Below, in pieces: positions 10,292 through 20,881 of a stretch of 64,000 nucleotides of DNA. Position numbers and translations under genes: made by a program. The DNA lies in NCBI GenBank assembly GCA_963809365.1, contig CAWEJR010000023.1, positions 97,390 through 161,389 on the forward strand, in the 5' to 3' direction. The notes beneath the pieces were generated by a model. That model was not told where the DNA came from, did not search any database, and saw nothing but the letters and a program-made list of their open reading frames with translations. Numbering within the stretch: the first letter of the stretch is position 1; the number at the start of each line of letters is the position of its first letter. Origin of the DNA: an uncultured delta proteobacterium. GTDB lineage: Bacteria > Desulfobacterota > Desulfomonilia > Desulfomonilales > Desulfomonilaceae.

Positions 10292-11281
10292 GTGGAACCC
10301 ATGGCCTTCGATACGATTTTCACGGAATACGTCCCCTGCGACCTTTGCGGATCGAGTGATCAGGTTCTCCTCTATTCGAAAATAGACCCTATCACACGGA
10401 AGGAGTTCCACCTCGTGGAGTGTGCTTGCGGCATGGCGTTCGTCAATCCCATGCCCACGGCCGAATCGATCCCTTTGCTCTATCCGGGTGACTATCTCAG
10501 AGACAAAACGGACCTGGCTTCATTGTATAGCCGAATGATGACGTATCTTCCCGCAGAACGAGGAAAATTGCTCGACATCGGGTGCGGCCGGGGTGATTTC
10601 ATTAATCACGCGTCCAAAGAAGGTTGGGAGGTCGAAGGAGTTGACCTTATGGACTGGGGAACCCCTCATGACGTCCCGATCAGGGTCGGCGACTTTCTCA
10701 CTATGGATTTTCGGGAAAAGCATTATGACGCAATTACTGCATGGGCACTGTTGGAACACGTGAGAGCGCCTTCAGCCTTCTTCAAACGAGTATCGCAGTT
10801 GCTGAAGGATGACGGAATTCTTGTCTTCGCAGTGCCAAATTTCAGCGCGCCCGGCATGAAGCACTGTTGCACCGAGGATGTCCCGAGACACCTCTGGCTG
10901 TTCACTCCCAGGGCGGTCGAGAACTATCTGGGGCGGTACGGAATGGAAGTGCGAGCTGTGTTTCATAATGACGCACTGTACACAGCCTACCCCTTTGGGC
11001 TGGTCAGGTATGGGTTGCAATGGCTTCGCAAACGGCCTGCTCATTGCAGCCGGTATCAGAACAGGTCCGTGGCGCTTCTGAGGAACAGGCAGATTAAGGG
11101 AAACGCAACGGCCTGGTTGGCAGAGGTCCTTAAGTCGGTAGGACCTTTGGACGCGGCACTGGATTTGATCGACTTGGCCTTGGGGGTGCTCCTCGCCCAA
11201 GTGTCGAAGCTTATAGGCAATTACGGAGTGATTACTGTCGTGGCCGGGAGGAATAGGCAAAAAAAAAGCAATCCAAAGTAG
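10292..11281 (+). CDS. class I SAM-dependent methyltransferase with N-terminal Cys4 Zn-ribbon
   Basis: CDLCGS...CACG ribbon, then SAM motif I LLDIGCGRGDF. Confidence 0.8.
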   Translation: MEPMAFDTIFTEYVPCDLCGSSDQVLLYSKIDPITRKEFHLVECACGMAFVNPMPTAESIPLLYPGDYLRDKTDLASLYSRMMTYLPAERGKLLDIGCGRGDFINHASKEGWEVEGVDLMDWGTPHDVPIRVGDFLTMDFREKHYDAITAWALLEHVRAPSAFFKRVSQLLKDDGILVFAVPNFSAPGMKHCCTEDVPRHLWLFTPRAVENYLGRYGMEVRAVFHNDALYTAYPFGLVRYGLQWLRKRPAHCSRYQNRSVALLRNRQIKGNATAWLAEVLKSVGPLDAALDLIDLALGVLLAQVSKLIGNYGVITVVAGRNRQKKSNPK

Positions 11282-11544
11282 GAGGATTGCTAAGAGGGTA
11301 TGGTTAGGAGTCGTTGTTCACCCGTTTCATTTGCAACCGATGTGCCATTATTGTAAGTGCCGGATTTTACGCAATTACCAAAAAACAGACGGTTCTCAGA
11401 TAACACGAAAAGTGAGAAATTTCTTCGCACTCTCCTTCTCGGACTCGACGTGTGCGAATTTTTTTCGCGAACTCCAGGGCACGCGACCACGTACTGAATT
11501 CATTTTTGCGTTCAGCGCGTTTCAAACTGCGCGACAAAATGATC

Positions 11545-11575
11545 GGGGAGACCTTTCTTGTAAGAGAGGTCTCTC
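11545..11575. repeat. palindromic REP-like element, family B (GGGGAGACC..TTCTTGTAAGA..GGTCTC)
   Basis: Imperfect palindrome. Related copies at 22041-22074 and 51060-51095. Confidence 0.6.
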
Positions 11576-11773
11576 TAAATTTACCGTCTTGTAGCAGGTA
11601 CCGGAGTTCTTGACCGATTCAAACCTGCTGAATCCCGCGAAAACGCGGGGGTCCCCACCAAATCATTTCCACTAGCGAACATTACTTATGGCAACTGCTT
11701 CAAATGCCAATTCGTATTACCCGCGCAAATTTCGATCTCTTCCGTTTATTTTCTAAAGTCTCCCATCCTTCTC

Positions 11774-13171
11774 TTAGGCGCGCTGAATGCGCGCTGCGAA
11801 AAAACCATCCAGGGGGTCGTCGTCGGTCGGAGGGAAGGTGCTGAAAAACCCTCTAGGGTCTATAAACTTCGAGGATGGCACGTCGGTGCGATCGACGGGA
11901 ACCAGGGTGTAGCCATCGCGGTTGTTGAGAAAACGGCTCAGAACCCCAGATGTTTCTTCCATCGTGGTGGTACAGACCGAATACACTAAAGTCCCGCCGT
12001 GTTTGAGAGCCGCCGCGGTGGCCTCCAGCATCCTAAACTGGCGTTCCGCGAACTCGGTTGGATCATGCGGTCCCAATCTGTATTTCACTTCCGGATTGTG
12101 GCGAAGGACCCCCACGTTGCTGCACGGCGCGTCAAGCAATATTCGGTCAAAGAGGCCAAGACTGGAAACGAACTCCGGATCACTCACATCGCCGCATCGT
12201 AATTCCGCAGAGCGAACTCCCAGACGCTGGAGGTTCTGACGCGTATCTTCCAGGCGGATCGGATCAACGTCAACAGCCACAATCAGGCCGATGTTCCCCA
12301 TCAGATCAGCCAGTTGCGCGGTCTTCCCTCCCGGAGCCGCGCACGCGTCCAAGATTCGCTCTCCAGGCTTCGCGGCCAGCAGAGGAACAATCATCTGGGA
12401 AGCGCGTGCCTGAACAGTGAAAAAGCCCTGCTCGTATCCAGGCAGAGCGCGAACGGGCCCTCTTAACGCAGCAACTTCTCGACAGTTCGGCATGAGGGGG
12501 ACGGCCCGCGTTGCAGCACCCTCCCTTGCAACTAGTTGTTCAACATTTTCAGGAGTGGCCCTTATCTTGTTGACGCGGATATCTACCGGGGCCCTCGAGT
12601 TATTATGAATCAGAATCTTGCGCGTTGCATCCGGACCGAATTGTTTGACCCAGCGTGTGACAAGCCACAGAGGGTGCGAGTAGTACACGGCCAAGGAGCC
12701 CGCGTCCCCTGGCAACGGGTCAACTGCCTCGCGCTTGCGCAGAGCGTTCCTCAAGACCCCGTTGACAAATGGGGCCGTATGGCTTCCGCAATGGTGGCGT
12801 GTCTGTATGACTGCTTGGTCGACGGCCGCGTGGTCAGGTACCCTATCGAGCAACAGTATCTGGTACAGAGCAATTCTTAGGATTTCCCTCAAGCCGGCAT
12901 CCAGCTTCTTGCCCGGCCGGTCCAAGCAGCGACACAACACAGCGTCAAGCCGGTTCTTCCACCTTAGAACACCATAAACGAGTTCCGTGGCCAGGGCGCG
13001 ATCCTCCGGTAAGGGATTCGCCCTATCCAAATGAACCGACAAGACATGCTCGGCAAAACGGCCGGAGCTGACATCCAGGAGGACGTGCAAGGCTACTTCT
13101 CTAGCAACGCTGGCGCGTGCCGCTGCATGCCGTCCTCTTGTTGCTGAAGGTCTTTCGCTATTTGGGTTCAA
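11774..13171 (-). CDS. rsmB: 16S rRNA (cytosine967-C5)-methyltransferase
   Basis: 465 aa. NusB-like N-terminal domain, SAM motif LDACAAPGGKT, catalytic LLDAPCSNVGVLRHNPE. Located in an fmt-def neighbourhood. Confidence 0.85.
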   Translation of the reverse strand: MNPNSERPSATRGRHAAARASVAREVALHVLLDVSSGRFAEHVLSVHLDRANPLPEDRALATELVYGVLRWKNRLDAVLCRCLDRPGKKLDAGLREILRIALYQILLLDRVPDHAAVDQAVIQTRHHCGSHTAPFVNGVLRNALRKREAVDPLPGDAGSLAVYYSHPLWLVTRWVKQFGPDATRKILIHNNSRAPVDIRVNKIRATPENVEQLVAREGAATRAVPLMPNCREVAALRGPVRALPGYEQGFFTVQARASQMIVPLLAAKPGERILDACAAPGGKTAQLADLMGNIGLIVAVDVDPIRLEDTRQNLQRLGVRSAELRCGDVSDPEFVSSLGLFDRILLDAPCSNVGVLRHNPEVKYRLGPHDPTEFAERQFRMLEATAAALKHGGTLVYSVCTTTMEETSGVLSRFLNNRDGYTLVPVDRTDVPSSKFIDPRGFFSTFPPTDDDPLDGFFAARIQRA

Positions 13172-13418
13172 ATGGATTCTCTACGAGCAAGCATCCGCAA
13201 TTTTTGGCGTATGGAAGAAACTTCTTTGTGGAGGAACATGCCGGCCCGAGACGCAGATTGGCGGGACAGCCCCGCGCGGAACGCGGGGTTGCCTGTCTCG
13301 GAAGGACGGGCATCCTGCCCGTCCCCACCGAGTCATCCTCGGCCGCAGCCATTGCTCTTGCCGATTGCTACAAAAAGGGAGGCTTCAACTTTCGGAGCAG
13401 TATCCTATGCGCCTCTGA

Positions 13419-14255
13419 TTAATATCCGGCCATATGTTGCAGTCTCTCGATCCGCTCCTCAATCGGCGGATGGGTAGAGAACAAATTTGCGATGCCACCG
13501 GCCGCGAAGGGCTTTACAATGAACATGTGAGCGGTTGCCTGCTCTGCTTGCATCGGAACAGCGTCTACTCCCCGTCGCAACTTGTCCAGCGCGCCGGCAA
13601 GCCACATCGGATGCCCACAAATGTGAGCACCTGTTTCATCGGCAATGTACTCTCGGGAACGGGATATGGCCATCTGAATGATCGCCGCTGCCAATGGAGC
13701 AAGGATCATCATCAGGATCATGCCGACAATCGACCCGCCGCCTTCTCTGTCATCCGAACGGCCCCCAAAGAGGAACCCGAAATGCGCCAAGTAAGTAATA
13801 GCCGCTCCGATTGTGGCCGCGATGGTCTGAATGAGTATATCTCTGTTCTTCACGTGACCCAGTTCATGAGCGATGACACCGGAGAGTTCTTCCCACGAGA
13901 GAAGCTTCAGAATCCCTTCGGTGACAGCCACCGCGGCGTGAGACGGGTTCCTGCCTGTGGCAAAAGCGTTAGGAGAATCGTCTGGAATAATGTAGAGCCG
14001 CGGCATGGGCAAACCGGCTTGCTGGGTCAATTGCCTCACGAGACGATACAGATCCGGCAATTCGGCCTCTGTAACTTCCTGGGCGTTGTACATTCTCAGG
14101 ACGATTTTGTCGCTGAACCAGTAGCTTCCGAAGTTCATTACCAGTGCGATTACAAGGGCTATGGTGGCCCCGTTTTTTCCGCCTATGGCCCCTCCGATGA
14201 CCACGAGAAGGGCGGCCAAGAAAGTCAGAAGAACGACCGTTTTAACCTGATTCAT
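13419..14255 (-). CDS. htpX: M48 zinc protease HtpX
   Basis: 278 aa. HELGHV zinc motif, four hydrophobic helices, typical HtpX N-terminus. Confidence 0.9.
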   Translation of the reverse strand: MNQVKTVVLLTFLAALLVVIGGAIGGKNGATIALVIALVMNFGSYWFSDKIVLRMYNAQEVTEAELPDLYRLVRQLTQQAGLPMPRLYIIPDDSPNAFATGRNPSHAAVAVTEGILKLLSWEELSGVIAHELGHVKNRDILIQTIAATIGAAITYLAHFGFLFGGRSDDREGGGSIVGMILMMILAPLAAAIIQMAISRSREYIADETGAHICGHPMWLAGALDKLRRGVDAVPMQAEQATAHMFIVKPFAAGGIANLFSTHPPIEERIERLQHMAGY

Positions 14256-14336
14256 GTTGTGTCTCCCTTGGTCTTCATTAACAGAGTTCTAATTGTCCTA
14301 AAGCGTCACGGGGGAGCCGCAGCAGCGACTCGTCTT

Positions 14337-15284
14337 TCAGTTTGCTCCACTCTTTGAGGTATTGAAAACCTCGCCCTGCCGAAGGCGGCGCCCGCGCGCA
14401 AATTCGGCCGCGGACACACGTTTTCGTCCGGGTGCTTGAACCTGCCTCAACAAAAGGAGACGTTTACCGGTTCCTACCAATACCCCTTCAGGCCGGATGC
14501 CCGCAATATAACCGGCCTTTTCGGTTCCTTCCATCGCCACGGCCTCCCAGACTTTAACCGACTCACCCGAGATTTCCGAGAACGCTCCGGGCCAGGGATC
14601 CATGGCTCTGACCAGGCGCGCCAGATACTCAGCGTCTCGCTCCCATTCGATGCGTCCGTCTTCCTTGGTAAGAAGGCGGGTATAGGTTGCTTTCTTATGA
14701 TCCTGCGGTACAGCTTGGATGCGGTTTTCAGCTATACCTTTCAGAGTCTCCACCACCAGATCGGCGCCCTCACTCATTAACCTGTCGTGCAGCGTTCCTG
14801 TTGTATCATCCTCGAGAATGGAAATTTGCCTTTGAAGAAGTATGTCACCTGTGTCCATCCCTTGATCCATAAGAATCGTACAGACCCCTGTGACCTTATC
14901 TCCCCCAAGTATGGCCGAGCTGATCGGTGACGCGCCTCGATAACGGGGCAGAAGCGAAGCATGAAGATTCACACACCCCATCCGGGGGAGTGACAGTATC
15001 CGCGGTGGAAGGATCTTCCCGTAGGCCGCAACTACGATGACATCAGGTTTCCACCATTCAAGCGAGGCCAGAATTTCCGGCGACGCAAGACCAGTCGGCT
15101 GGACAACGGGTAACTCTAACTCAACCGCCGCTGTCTTTATTGCGGAGGGAAGAGTTTTCTGTCCTCTGCCTCTCGGTTTGTCGGGCTGTGTGACAACGCC
15201 TGTTACTAGAAAATTCACGTTTAGCGCCCGCAGGGTAGGGACTGCGAACTCAGGAGATCCCATGAAGACCACCCGGAGGTTCAC
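14337..15284 (-). CDS. fmt: methionyl-tRNA formyltransferase
   Basis: 315 aa with VVFMGSPEFAVPTL and HASLLPRYRGASPI. 4-nt overlap with def. Confidence 0.9.
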   Translation of the reverse strand: MNLRVVFMGSPEFAVPTLRALNVNFLVTGVVTQPDKPRGRGQKTLPSAIKTAAVELELPVVQPTGLASPEILASLEWWKPDVIVVAAYGKILPPRILSLPRMGCVNLHASLLPRYRGASPISSAILGGDKVTGVCTILMDQGMDTGDILLQRQISILEDDTTGTLHDRLMSEGADLVVETLKGIAENRIQAVPQDHKKATYTRLLTKEDGRIEWERDAEYLARLVRAMDPWPGAFSEISGESVKVWEAVAMEGTEKAGYIAGIRPEGVLVGTGKRLLLLRQVQAPGRKRVSAAEFARGRRLRQGEVFNTSKSGAN

Positions 15285-15805
15285 TGATCCCTCCTGGTTC
15301 TCTTTTTGAGCCGTCTTCGGTAAAGGTTCCTTTTCAGCGCGGACGCGTGGTCGAGAAGAGTTGTTCCGTTAAGGTGGTCGATTTCATGTTGGAGCACCCT
15401 GGCAAGCAATCCGTCCGCTTCTATCCTCAACGGCTTCCCCTCCAAGTCGAGCCCCTCCACCTGGACGCACGCAGCCCGTTTAACGTCAATTTCGAACTCA
15501 GGAACGCTCAGGCAGCCTTCTTCCTTACAAACCTCTCCTTCGCTGGAGCAAATTGCGGGATTAATTATAAAAAGAGGTTTCTTCTTTTTGTCTTGCGGCT
15601 CCGCGTAAGGATACACCACATCAATCACGATGAGCCGGAGCAGTTCTCCCACCTGGTTCGCGGCCAGCCCCACACCGGGCGCTTTGTACATAGTGTCGGC
15701 CATATCAAGGGCGAGCTTTCTAATTTGCTCGTCAATATTGGTCACTTCTGCTGCTTTGCTGTCCAAAGCCCCATGCGGGACGACCACAATTGATCGCACG
15801 GGCAT
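15281..15805 (-). CDS. def: peptide deformylase
   Basis: 174 aa with motifs GVGLAANQVG, EGCLSVP and QHEIDHLNG. Confidence 0.92.
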   Translation of the reverse strand: MPVRSIVVVPHGALDSKAAEVTNIDEQIRKLALDMADTMYKAPGVGLAANQVGELLRLIVIDVVYPYAEPQDKKKKPLFIINPAICSSEGEVCKEEGCLSVPEFEIDVKRAACVQVEGLDLEGKPLRIEADGLLARVLQHEIDHLNGTTLLDHASALKRNLYRRRLKKRTRRDQ

Positions 15806-16015
15806 ATCATAACCCTCACTTTTCTTTTCTAATAATATGTCTGCATTGCCCGGCGGCTGTCAAGGTGGACATTAGAGAAACCTTGAAGGGAAGAACACTC
15901 CATAAGCAAAGTTGGGACGAGACACAGATCTTGACCCACGGGTCTGCAAGACCTTTTTCGAGGATGAAATGGGGGAACTTTTGGCCTGATCAGTTCCCCC
16001 TGTTTCCACGCACTC

Positions 16016-16417
16016 TTAGTCCGTCGTGATAGGAATCTTACGCGGAATTGCTTTCTCAACTTTGGGCAATGTGAGTCTGAGCACACCGTCCGACATAGCG
16101 GCAGTAATTTTGCTCTGGTCTATGACATCCGTCAGACGGAAGCTGCGGAAATAGTTTCCTACCCGGTACTCGACCAGGATCGGCTCCCCTTCGTCGCTCT
16201 CAGCACCGACTTTCCCTACGATCGTCAGAGTGCCTTCTTTGAGATCAATTTCCACATCCCCTGAGGGGACTCCCGGCATGTCGGCCAAGAGGACTAACTC
16301 TTTTGAATTCTCGTAAATGTCTACCGCCGGGACAAAATATGTGCCTTCATGAGTGAATTCCCCCTCGGGGGACTCTACCTGCTGTTTTGGTGTGGCCTGA
16401 AGCTCTTGGTCTGCCAT
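16016..16417 (-). CDS. Hsp20/alpha-crystallin small heat-shock protein
   Basis: Alpha-crystallin domain (...SDGVLRLTLPK). Start trimmed to the ATG (MADQEL...) preceded by AAGGAGGAG. Confidence 0.85.
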   Translation of the reverse strand: MADQELQATPKQQVESPEGEFTHEGTYFVPAVDIYENSKELVLLADMPGVPSGDVEIDLKEGTLTIVGKVGAESDEGEPILVEYRVGNYFRSFRLTDVIDQSKITAAMSDGVLRLTLPKVEKAIPRKIPITTD

Positions 16418-16451
16418 GTGACTCTCCTCCTTACTGGCAATCAATGATTAC

Positions 16452-16913
16452 TCATTCCACCTTGACCGTGATCTGTCTGGGCAACGTGGCTTTTTCCTTC
16501 TGCAACGTGACGGTAAGAACACCGTCTTTATATGTTGCGTTAACATTCTCAGCGTCCACTTTGCCGGGAAGCGTCAGGCTTCTCTGGAAAATCCCGGTAG
16601 CCCGCTCGCGACGGTGGTAGCTTATCTCCTCACCAGCCTCCTCAGGCTTTCGTTCTCCCTTCAGCATGAGCGTGTCGCCTTCGATCTTAATCTCGAGATC
16701 GTCGGTCTTCATTCCCGGAATCTCCGCAGTAACAACATACGACTGGTCCAAATCCCTCACGTTGAGCAGCGGAAAGAGCCGGGCTCCTCGCCATAATGGA
16801 TCGAGCGACGGTTTGCGAGTGCCGCTCACCGCATGGAAGAGGTCATCCATGCCCCTTTGAAGCCTCTCAAGTTCCCGCCAGGTCGGATCAGTGCCAAATC
16901 TCCATCGAAACAT
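16452..16913 (-). CDS. Hsp20/alpha-crystallin small heat-shock protein
   Basis: Alpha-crystallin domain (NATYKDGVLTVTLQK). Start trimmed to the ATG (MFRWRFG...) preceded by GAGAGGAG. Confidence 0.85.
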   Translation of the reverse strand: MFRWRFGTDPTWRELERLQRGMDDLFHAVSGTRKPSLDPLWRGARLFPLLNVRDLDQSYVVTAEIPGMKTDDLEIKIEGDTLMLKGERKPEEAGEEISYHRRERATGIFQRSLTLPGKVDAENVNATYKDGVLTVTLQKEKATLPRQITVKVE

Positions 16914-17129
16914 TTTTAATTCTCCTCTCTGATCGTCGGTGCGTTTCCTTTTCCAGAGCCGGTTTTCAGTTATGCATCGCGGAAAAAATGTCAAGCCCCG
17001 CGGTGCGCAGCCCCAGCGGCAGACTGTAGGTCATCTCGGACAGGATATAGAAGCCGAAAACCCTTGAGACGCTAACAGTAGACATGTTATGGAATCTTAT
17101 GGACGATTGAAAGGATTTGACATTATATT

Positions 17130-17453
17130 TTGAGTGAGACTCTTAAGAAGATTCGCGACCTAGCTACCCGAGGAGAAGTGCTCATATCGAGTCACGGCTA
17201 TGATGAGCTAGCGACTGACGACATTCGTGTGAGAGACTTAATATCTGGTTTGGTTAACGCCGTCGAGATCGAGGATTATTCAGAGTACCCGAAAGGCCCC
17301 TGTGTGCTTGTGTTGCAAAAAGACTCACAAGGCAACCCAATCCATGTGGTGTGGGGTGTACCGAAAGGAAGATCGTCGCCAGCGGTTGTGGTTACGGCAT
17401 ACAGGCCAGACCCACTCCGTTGGTCAAGAGATTTCCAGCGGAGAATGCCATGA
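17130..17453 (+). CDS. DUF4258-like toxin component
   Basis: 107 aa with the pattern ...PIHVVWGVPKG....VVVTAYRPDPLRW recalled for DUF4258. ATGA overlap with the next ORF. Confidence 0.55.
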   Translation: MSETLKKIRDLATRGEVLISSHGYDELATDDIRVRDLISGLVNAVEIEDYSEYPKGPCVLVLQKDSQGNPIHVVWGVPKGRSSPAVVVTAYRPDPLRWSRDFQRRMP

Positions 17454-17665
17454 GAAAAAAGCATCAGACAAAGTTAGTCCACGAAGGCGAATATGTTGCC
17501 GAAGTCGATATCGAATTCATCTATACGGATGAGGGTTGGTCGCCATATTTATCGTTAGATGATGCTCTCAAGTTGGATGATGTACGGCAAGCATTACGAA
17601 AAGGTGATCTAAAGGGAGCCTCACAGCATGCACGGGTCTATTCTTTAACCCCAATCGCGCTATGA
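17450..17665 (+). CDS. putative cognate antitoxin (hypothetical small protein)
   Basis: 71 aa, read from the internal ATG that overlaps the upstream stop (ATGA). Typical two-gene TA layout. Confidence 0.45.
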   Translation: MRKKHQTKLVHEGEYVAEVDIEFIYTDEGWSPYLSLDDALKLDDVRQALRKGDLKGASQHARVYSLTPIAL

Positions 17666-17725
17666 AGTGCGCACGGCAGTAGGAGAGTCTCAGCGGGCAT
17701 AACCAAAACGCATCTGCTGCTTTCC

Positions 17726-18865
17726 TTATCCGTCCAGTAGGACCAGATTGTCCGCATGGATGGCCTCGTCGTTGCGTCTGTAACCGAGGACCCAGTCGAT
17801 TTCAGCAGTTTGGCGGCCCATTATCTTTTGCATTTCGTCTGAAGCATAGTTTACGAGGCCCATAGCCACCCTGTTCCCTTGGGGATCGCGAACAATTACC
17901 GCTGCGCCGTGCTCGAAATGCCCCTTGACCTCGGTCACGCCTATCGGAAGGAGGCTCTTGCCCAGCAAAGTGATAGCCTTCGCCGCACCCGCGTCTATAG
18001 TGAGATCCCCCTCAGGTTCTAGGTTGTAGCGAATCCAATGTTTTCGAGCTGAAATTCTTTCTTTCGCCGGCATAATGAGAGTTCCGCACATCTCGGCTTC
18101 CATTGTTCGGCGAATGATATTAGGCGTCTTGCCCCCCGCGATAACCATGGGAATGCCGGATATCCTTACTTTGGCAGCCGCATCCAATTTGGAAGCCATC
18201 CCTCCCAGCCCAACCCCCGATGATGTGCCACCGGCCAGCTTTCTAAGTTCGGGAGTGATATCTTCGACCAGCGGGATTATGCAGGCATTCGGATTGGTAC
18301 GAGGATCGCAATCCATGAATCCTTCTATGTCGGTGAGAGTGAGCAGCAGGTCCGCATCTGCAAGAGTAGCTACAAGGGCCGAGAGATTGTCGTTGTCTCC
18401 GAGCCGGATCTCTTCGACCATTACCGTGTCGTTCTCATTGATGATCGGCACCGCTCCCCAGGAGAGAAGCGTTGTCAGCGTGTTGCGGGCGTTGAGATAA
18501 CGTCTTCTGTGGGTGAGATCATCCTTTGTAAGAAGCATTTGGCCCACACGAATTCCATGACGGCCAAACGCTGCTTCATACACTGCCATGAGACGGCTTT
18601 GCCCTACGGAGGCCGCGGCCTGCTTCTGTGGAATGGTCCGCGCTCCTCCGCGGAGCTTCATGCGCCTTACTCCCGCGGCAATGGCCCCGGACGACACAAT
18701 AATGAATTCTTTCCCAAGGTTCTTGTAATGGCTGACATCGTCCGCGATCCCCCTGATAATTCCGTGGTCAAGCCCCTGCGAAGTAGTGACCACACTGGAA
18801 CCCAGCTTGAGGACCACGCGGCGTACGCATGAAAATATTTCTTTCCTTGCGGCCGCAGCTTTCAT
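17726..18865 (-). CDS. proB: glutamate 5-kinase (with PUA domain)
   Basis: 379 aa. VVLKLGSSVV N-terminus, amino-acid kinase fold, C-terminal PUA-like region. 4-nt overlap with obg. Confidence 0.9.
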   Translation of the reverse strand: MKAAAARKEIFSCVRRVVLKLGSSVVTTSQGLDHGIIRGIADDVSHYKNLGKEFIIVSSGAIAAGVRRMKLRGGARTIPQKQAAASVGQSRLMAVYEAAFGRHGIRVGQMLLTKDDLTHRRRYLNARNTLTTLLSWGAVPIINENDTVMVEEIRLGDNDNLSALVATLADADLLLTLTDIEGFMDCDPRTNPNACIIPLVEDITPELRKLAGGTSSGVGLGGMASKLDAAAKVRISGIPMVIAGGKTPNIIRRTMEAEMCGTLIMPAKERISARKHWIRYNLEPEGDLTIDAGAAKAITLLGKSLLPIGVTEVKGHFEHGAAVIVRDPQGNRVAMGLVNYASDEMQKIMGRQTAEIDWVLGYRRNDEAIHADNLVLLDG

Positions 18866-19875
18866 GGGACCCTACGAATTTGTTTCAATAGTTGCGCGGT
18901 GTGCCGCAAAAGCTCCTTCACTCCCCGGCCTGTCACCGCTGAAATCTCGTGCACCGAGACGCCCTGTTTCTCGAGTACCGGCTTCAGTTCCCGCGCGGCT
19001 GCCTCATTTTCCGGCAGGTCCATCTTGGTGATTACCGCAATCATGGGGGTTTGTAGCAGACCCTTACCGTAGGAAGCAAGCTCGGTCATGATCATTGAGA
19101 ATCGTTCCTCAGGTCCCGGGTCCACTTGTGGAGAGGGGTCAACGAGATGAAGGAGAATCCTCGTGCGTTCGATGTGGCGCAGAAATTGGTCCCCCATGCC
19201 AGCGCCTTTATGTGCGTCCTGGATGAGACCCGGTATGTCTGCCATGACAAAGTCAACACCGTCCCCGGTTCGGACAACCCCCAAGGCAGGCACTTTTGTG
19301 GTGAAGGGATAGTCGGCTATTTTGGGCCGAGCATTGCTGACGCATGAAATCAGTGTGGACTTACCGCTGTTGGGCAATCCCACCAGACCGACATCGGCTA
19401 TCAGTTTCAATTCGAGCCGGAGGGTCCTTTCCTCGCCGGGTCCCCCTCCATCGACACGTCGCGGGGCGCGGTTTCGTGATGTCGCGAACCTTGCGTTTCC
19501 TCGACCTCCTCGTCCGCCCTGTGCAACCAGGACCTTGCTGTCGGCCCCATCTAGATCTGCAAGCAGTTCGTCCGTTTCGTCGTCAATGATTAGGGTTCCC
19601 ACGGGTACTCTTACGATGAGATCCTCGGCTGATCGGCCGTGTCGGTTGTTCCCGCTGCCGTGAGCCCCGCTGCGGGCCTTATAGAGCTGCTGGTATTGGC
19701 AATCCAAAAGTGTATTGAGCGAGGAGTCTGCTTGAATCAGCACACTTCCGCCTTTCCCGCCGTCGCCGCCGTCAGGTCCGCCCTTGGGAACAAAGGCCTC
19801 CCGGCGAAAGCTGAGGCATCCACGCCCCCCTTTTCCGGATATCACTGTAATGCGGGTTTGATCTACGAACTTCAC
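18862..19875 (-). CDS. obg: GTPase Obg/CgtA
   Basis: 337 aa. Gly-rich Obg fold (GGRGGRGN), G1 GLPNSGKST, G3 DIPGLI, G4 TKMD. Confidence 0.92.
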   Translation of the reverse strand: MKFVDQTRITVISGKGGRGCLSFRREAFVPKGGPDGGDGGKGGSVLIQADSSLNTLLDCQYQQLYKARSGAHGSGNNRHGRSAEDLIVRVPVGTLIIDDETDELLADLDGADSKVLVAQGGRGGRGNARFATSRNRAPRRVDGGGPGEERTLRLELKLIADVGLVGLPNSGKSTLISCVSNARPKIADYPFTTKVPALGVVRTGDGVDFVMADIPGLIQDAHKGAGMGDQFLRHIERTRILLHLVDPSPQVDPGPEERFSMIMTELASYGKGLLQTPMIAVITKMDLPENEAAARELKPVLEKQGVSVHEISAVTGRGVKELLRHTAQLLKQIRRVP

Positions 19876-20023
19876 GATGATTCACGTGACGAGGTGAGAG
19901 TGAAAACGGGCTCGGGTGAAACGGCTGTCGGTGCGCCTGATATCTCTTTCGATCTGACCTCTTGGGGGCCCCAGGGGTGCGTCTCACCCCTGAGAGCAAG
20001 TAATAACAAGGAGTTGAAAACGT

Positions 20024-20281
20024 TCACGCGGCGGGGAGTATGGTTACTCGCTTCCTGTTGCGGTCCTTCCTCTCGTACTTGACGATCCCGTCTATCTTGG
20101 CGAACAGGGTGTAATCCCGTCCCATTCCGACGTTTTCTCCCGGATGGATGCTTGTGCCCTTCTGCCTCACGAGGATACTCCCGGCCCGCACTTTTTGCCC
20201 CCCGAAACGTTTGACCCCAAGCCGCTGACCTGGGCTGTCACGTCCGTTCCGAGAGCTTCCTCCTGCTTTCTTGTGGGCCAT
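20024..20281 (-). CDS. rpmA: 50S ribosomal protein L27
   Basis: [29 protein letters not shown]... Confidence 0.95.
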   Translation of the reverse strand: MAHKKAGGSSRNGRDSPGQRLGVKRFGGQKVRAGSILVRQKGTSIHPGENVGMGRDYTLFAKIDGIVKYERKDRNRKRVTILPAA

Positions 20282-20408
20282 TGTTATTCCTCCTCTTACT
20301 ACTCAAAGGGTACGAGTTTTATTCATTTACGCGGAGGCCGTTAATTCTCATTGTCGGCACTAGGTTTCGACAACGCGGCCTCGACTTTGTGTCAAAGATT
20401 TTTCGCCA

Positions 20409-20762
20409 TCACGCTTCGGCAGCGGGTTCGCCTGTCTCCATCGCAGCGCCAGGGTGCTGGATAGCGTCAATCCTCAGAAGGGTGAACCATTGGCGATGCC
20501 CTTGTTTCTTATGATAGCCTTGACGACGCTTCTTCTTGAAGACGATAATCTTCCGGTCACGTGCAGTGCGAACAATGGTAGCCTTGACGCGAGCTTCCGT
20601 GAGCAATGGTTTTCCGAGGGTTAGGCCCTCCGGGGTTGCCACAGCGAGCACCTGATCCAGTTCAATCTCAGAACCGGGTTCCCCGACCAGTTTTTCCACT
20701 TTGACCTGGTCGCCGGTCTGTACCTTGTATTGCTTTCCGCCGGTTTGGACGATGGCGTACAT
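20409..20762 (-). CDS. rplU: 50S ribosomal protein L21
   Basis: Trimmed to MYAIVQTGGKQYKV. About 117 aa with a short C-terminal extension. Confidence 0.9.
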   Translation of the reverse strand: MYAIVQTGGKQYKVQTGDQVKVEKLVGEPGSEIELDQVLAVATPEGLTLGKPLLTEARVKATIVRTARDRKIIVFKKKRRQGYHKKQGHRQWFTLLRIDAIQHPGAAMETGEPAAEA

Positions 20763-20881
20763 TTCATAGCCTCCTGAACAATAACACGACATTAAAACAT
20801 GCCCAAAGGAGGCTGTCAAGTCAAAATCCGCGATCATTCGTGTCCGTTCAGCTACGCGGTCAAGGTCGCAGAATCACATTG

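Noticed and set aside
13434-14357. 307-aa plus-strand ORF.
   Set aside because: It is entirely antisense to the well-supported htpX gene and matches no family motifs.
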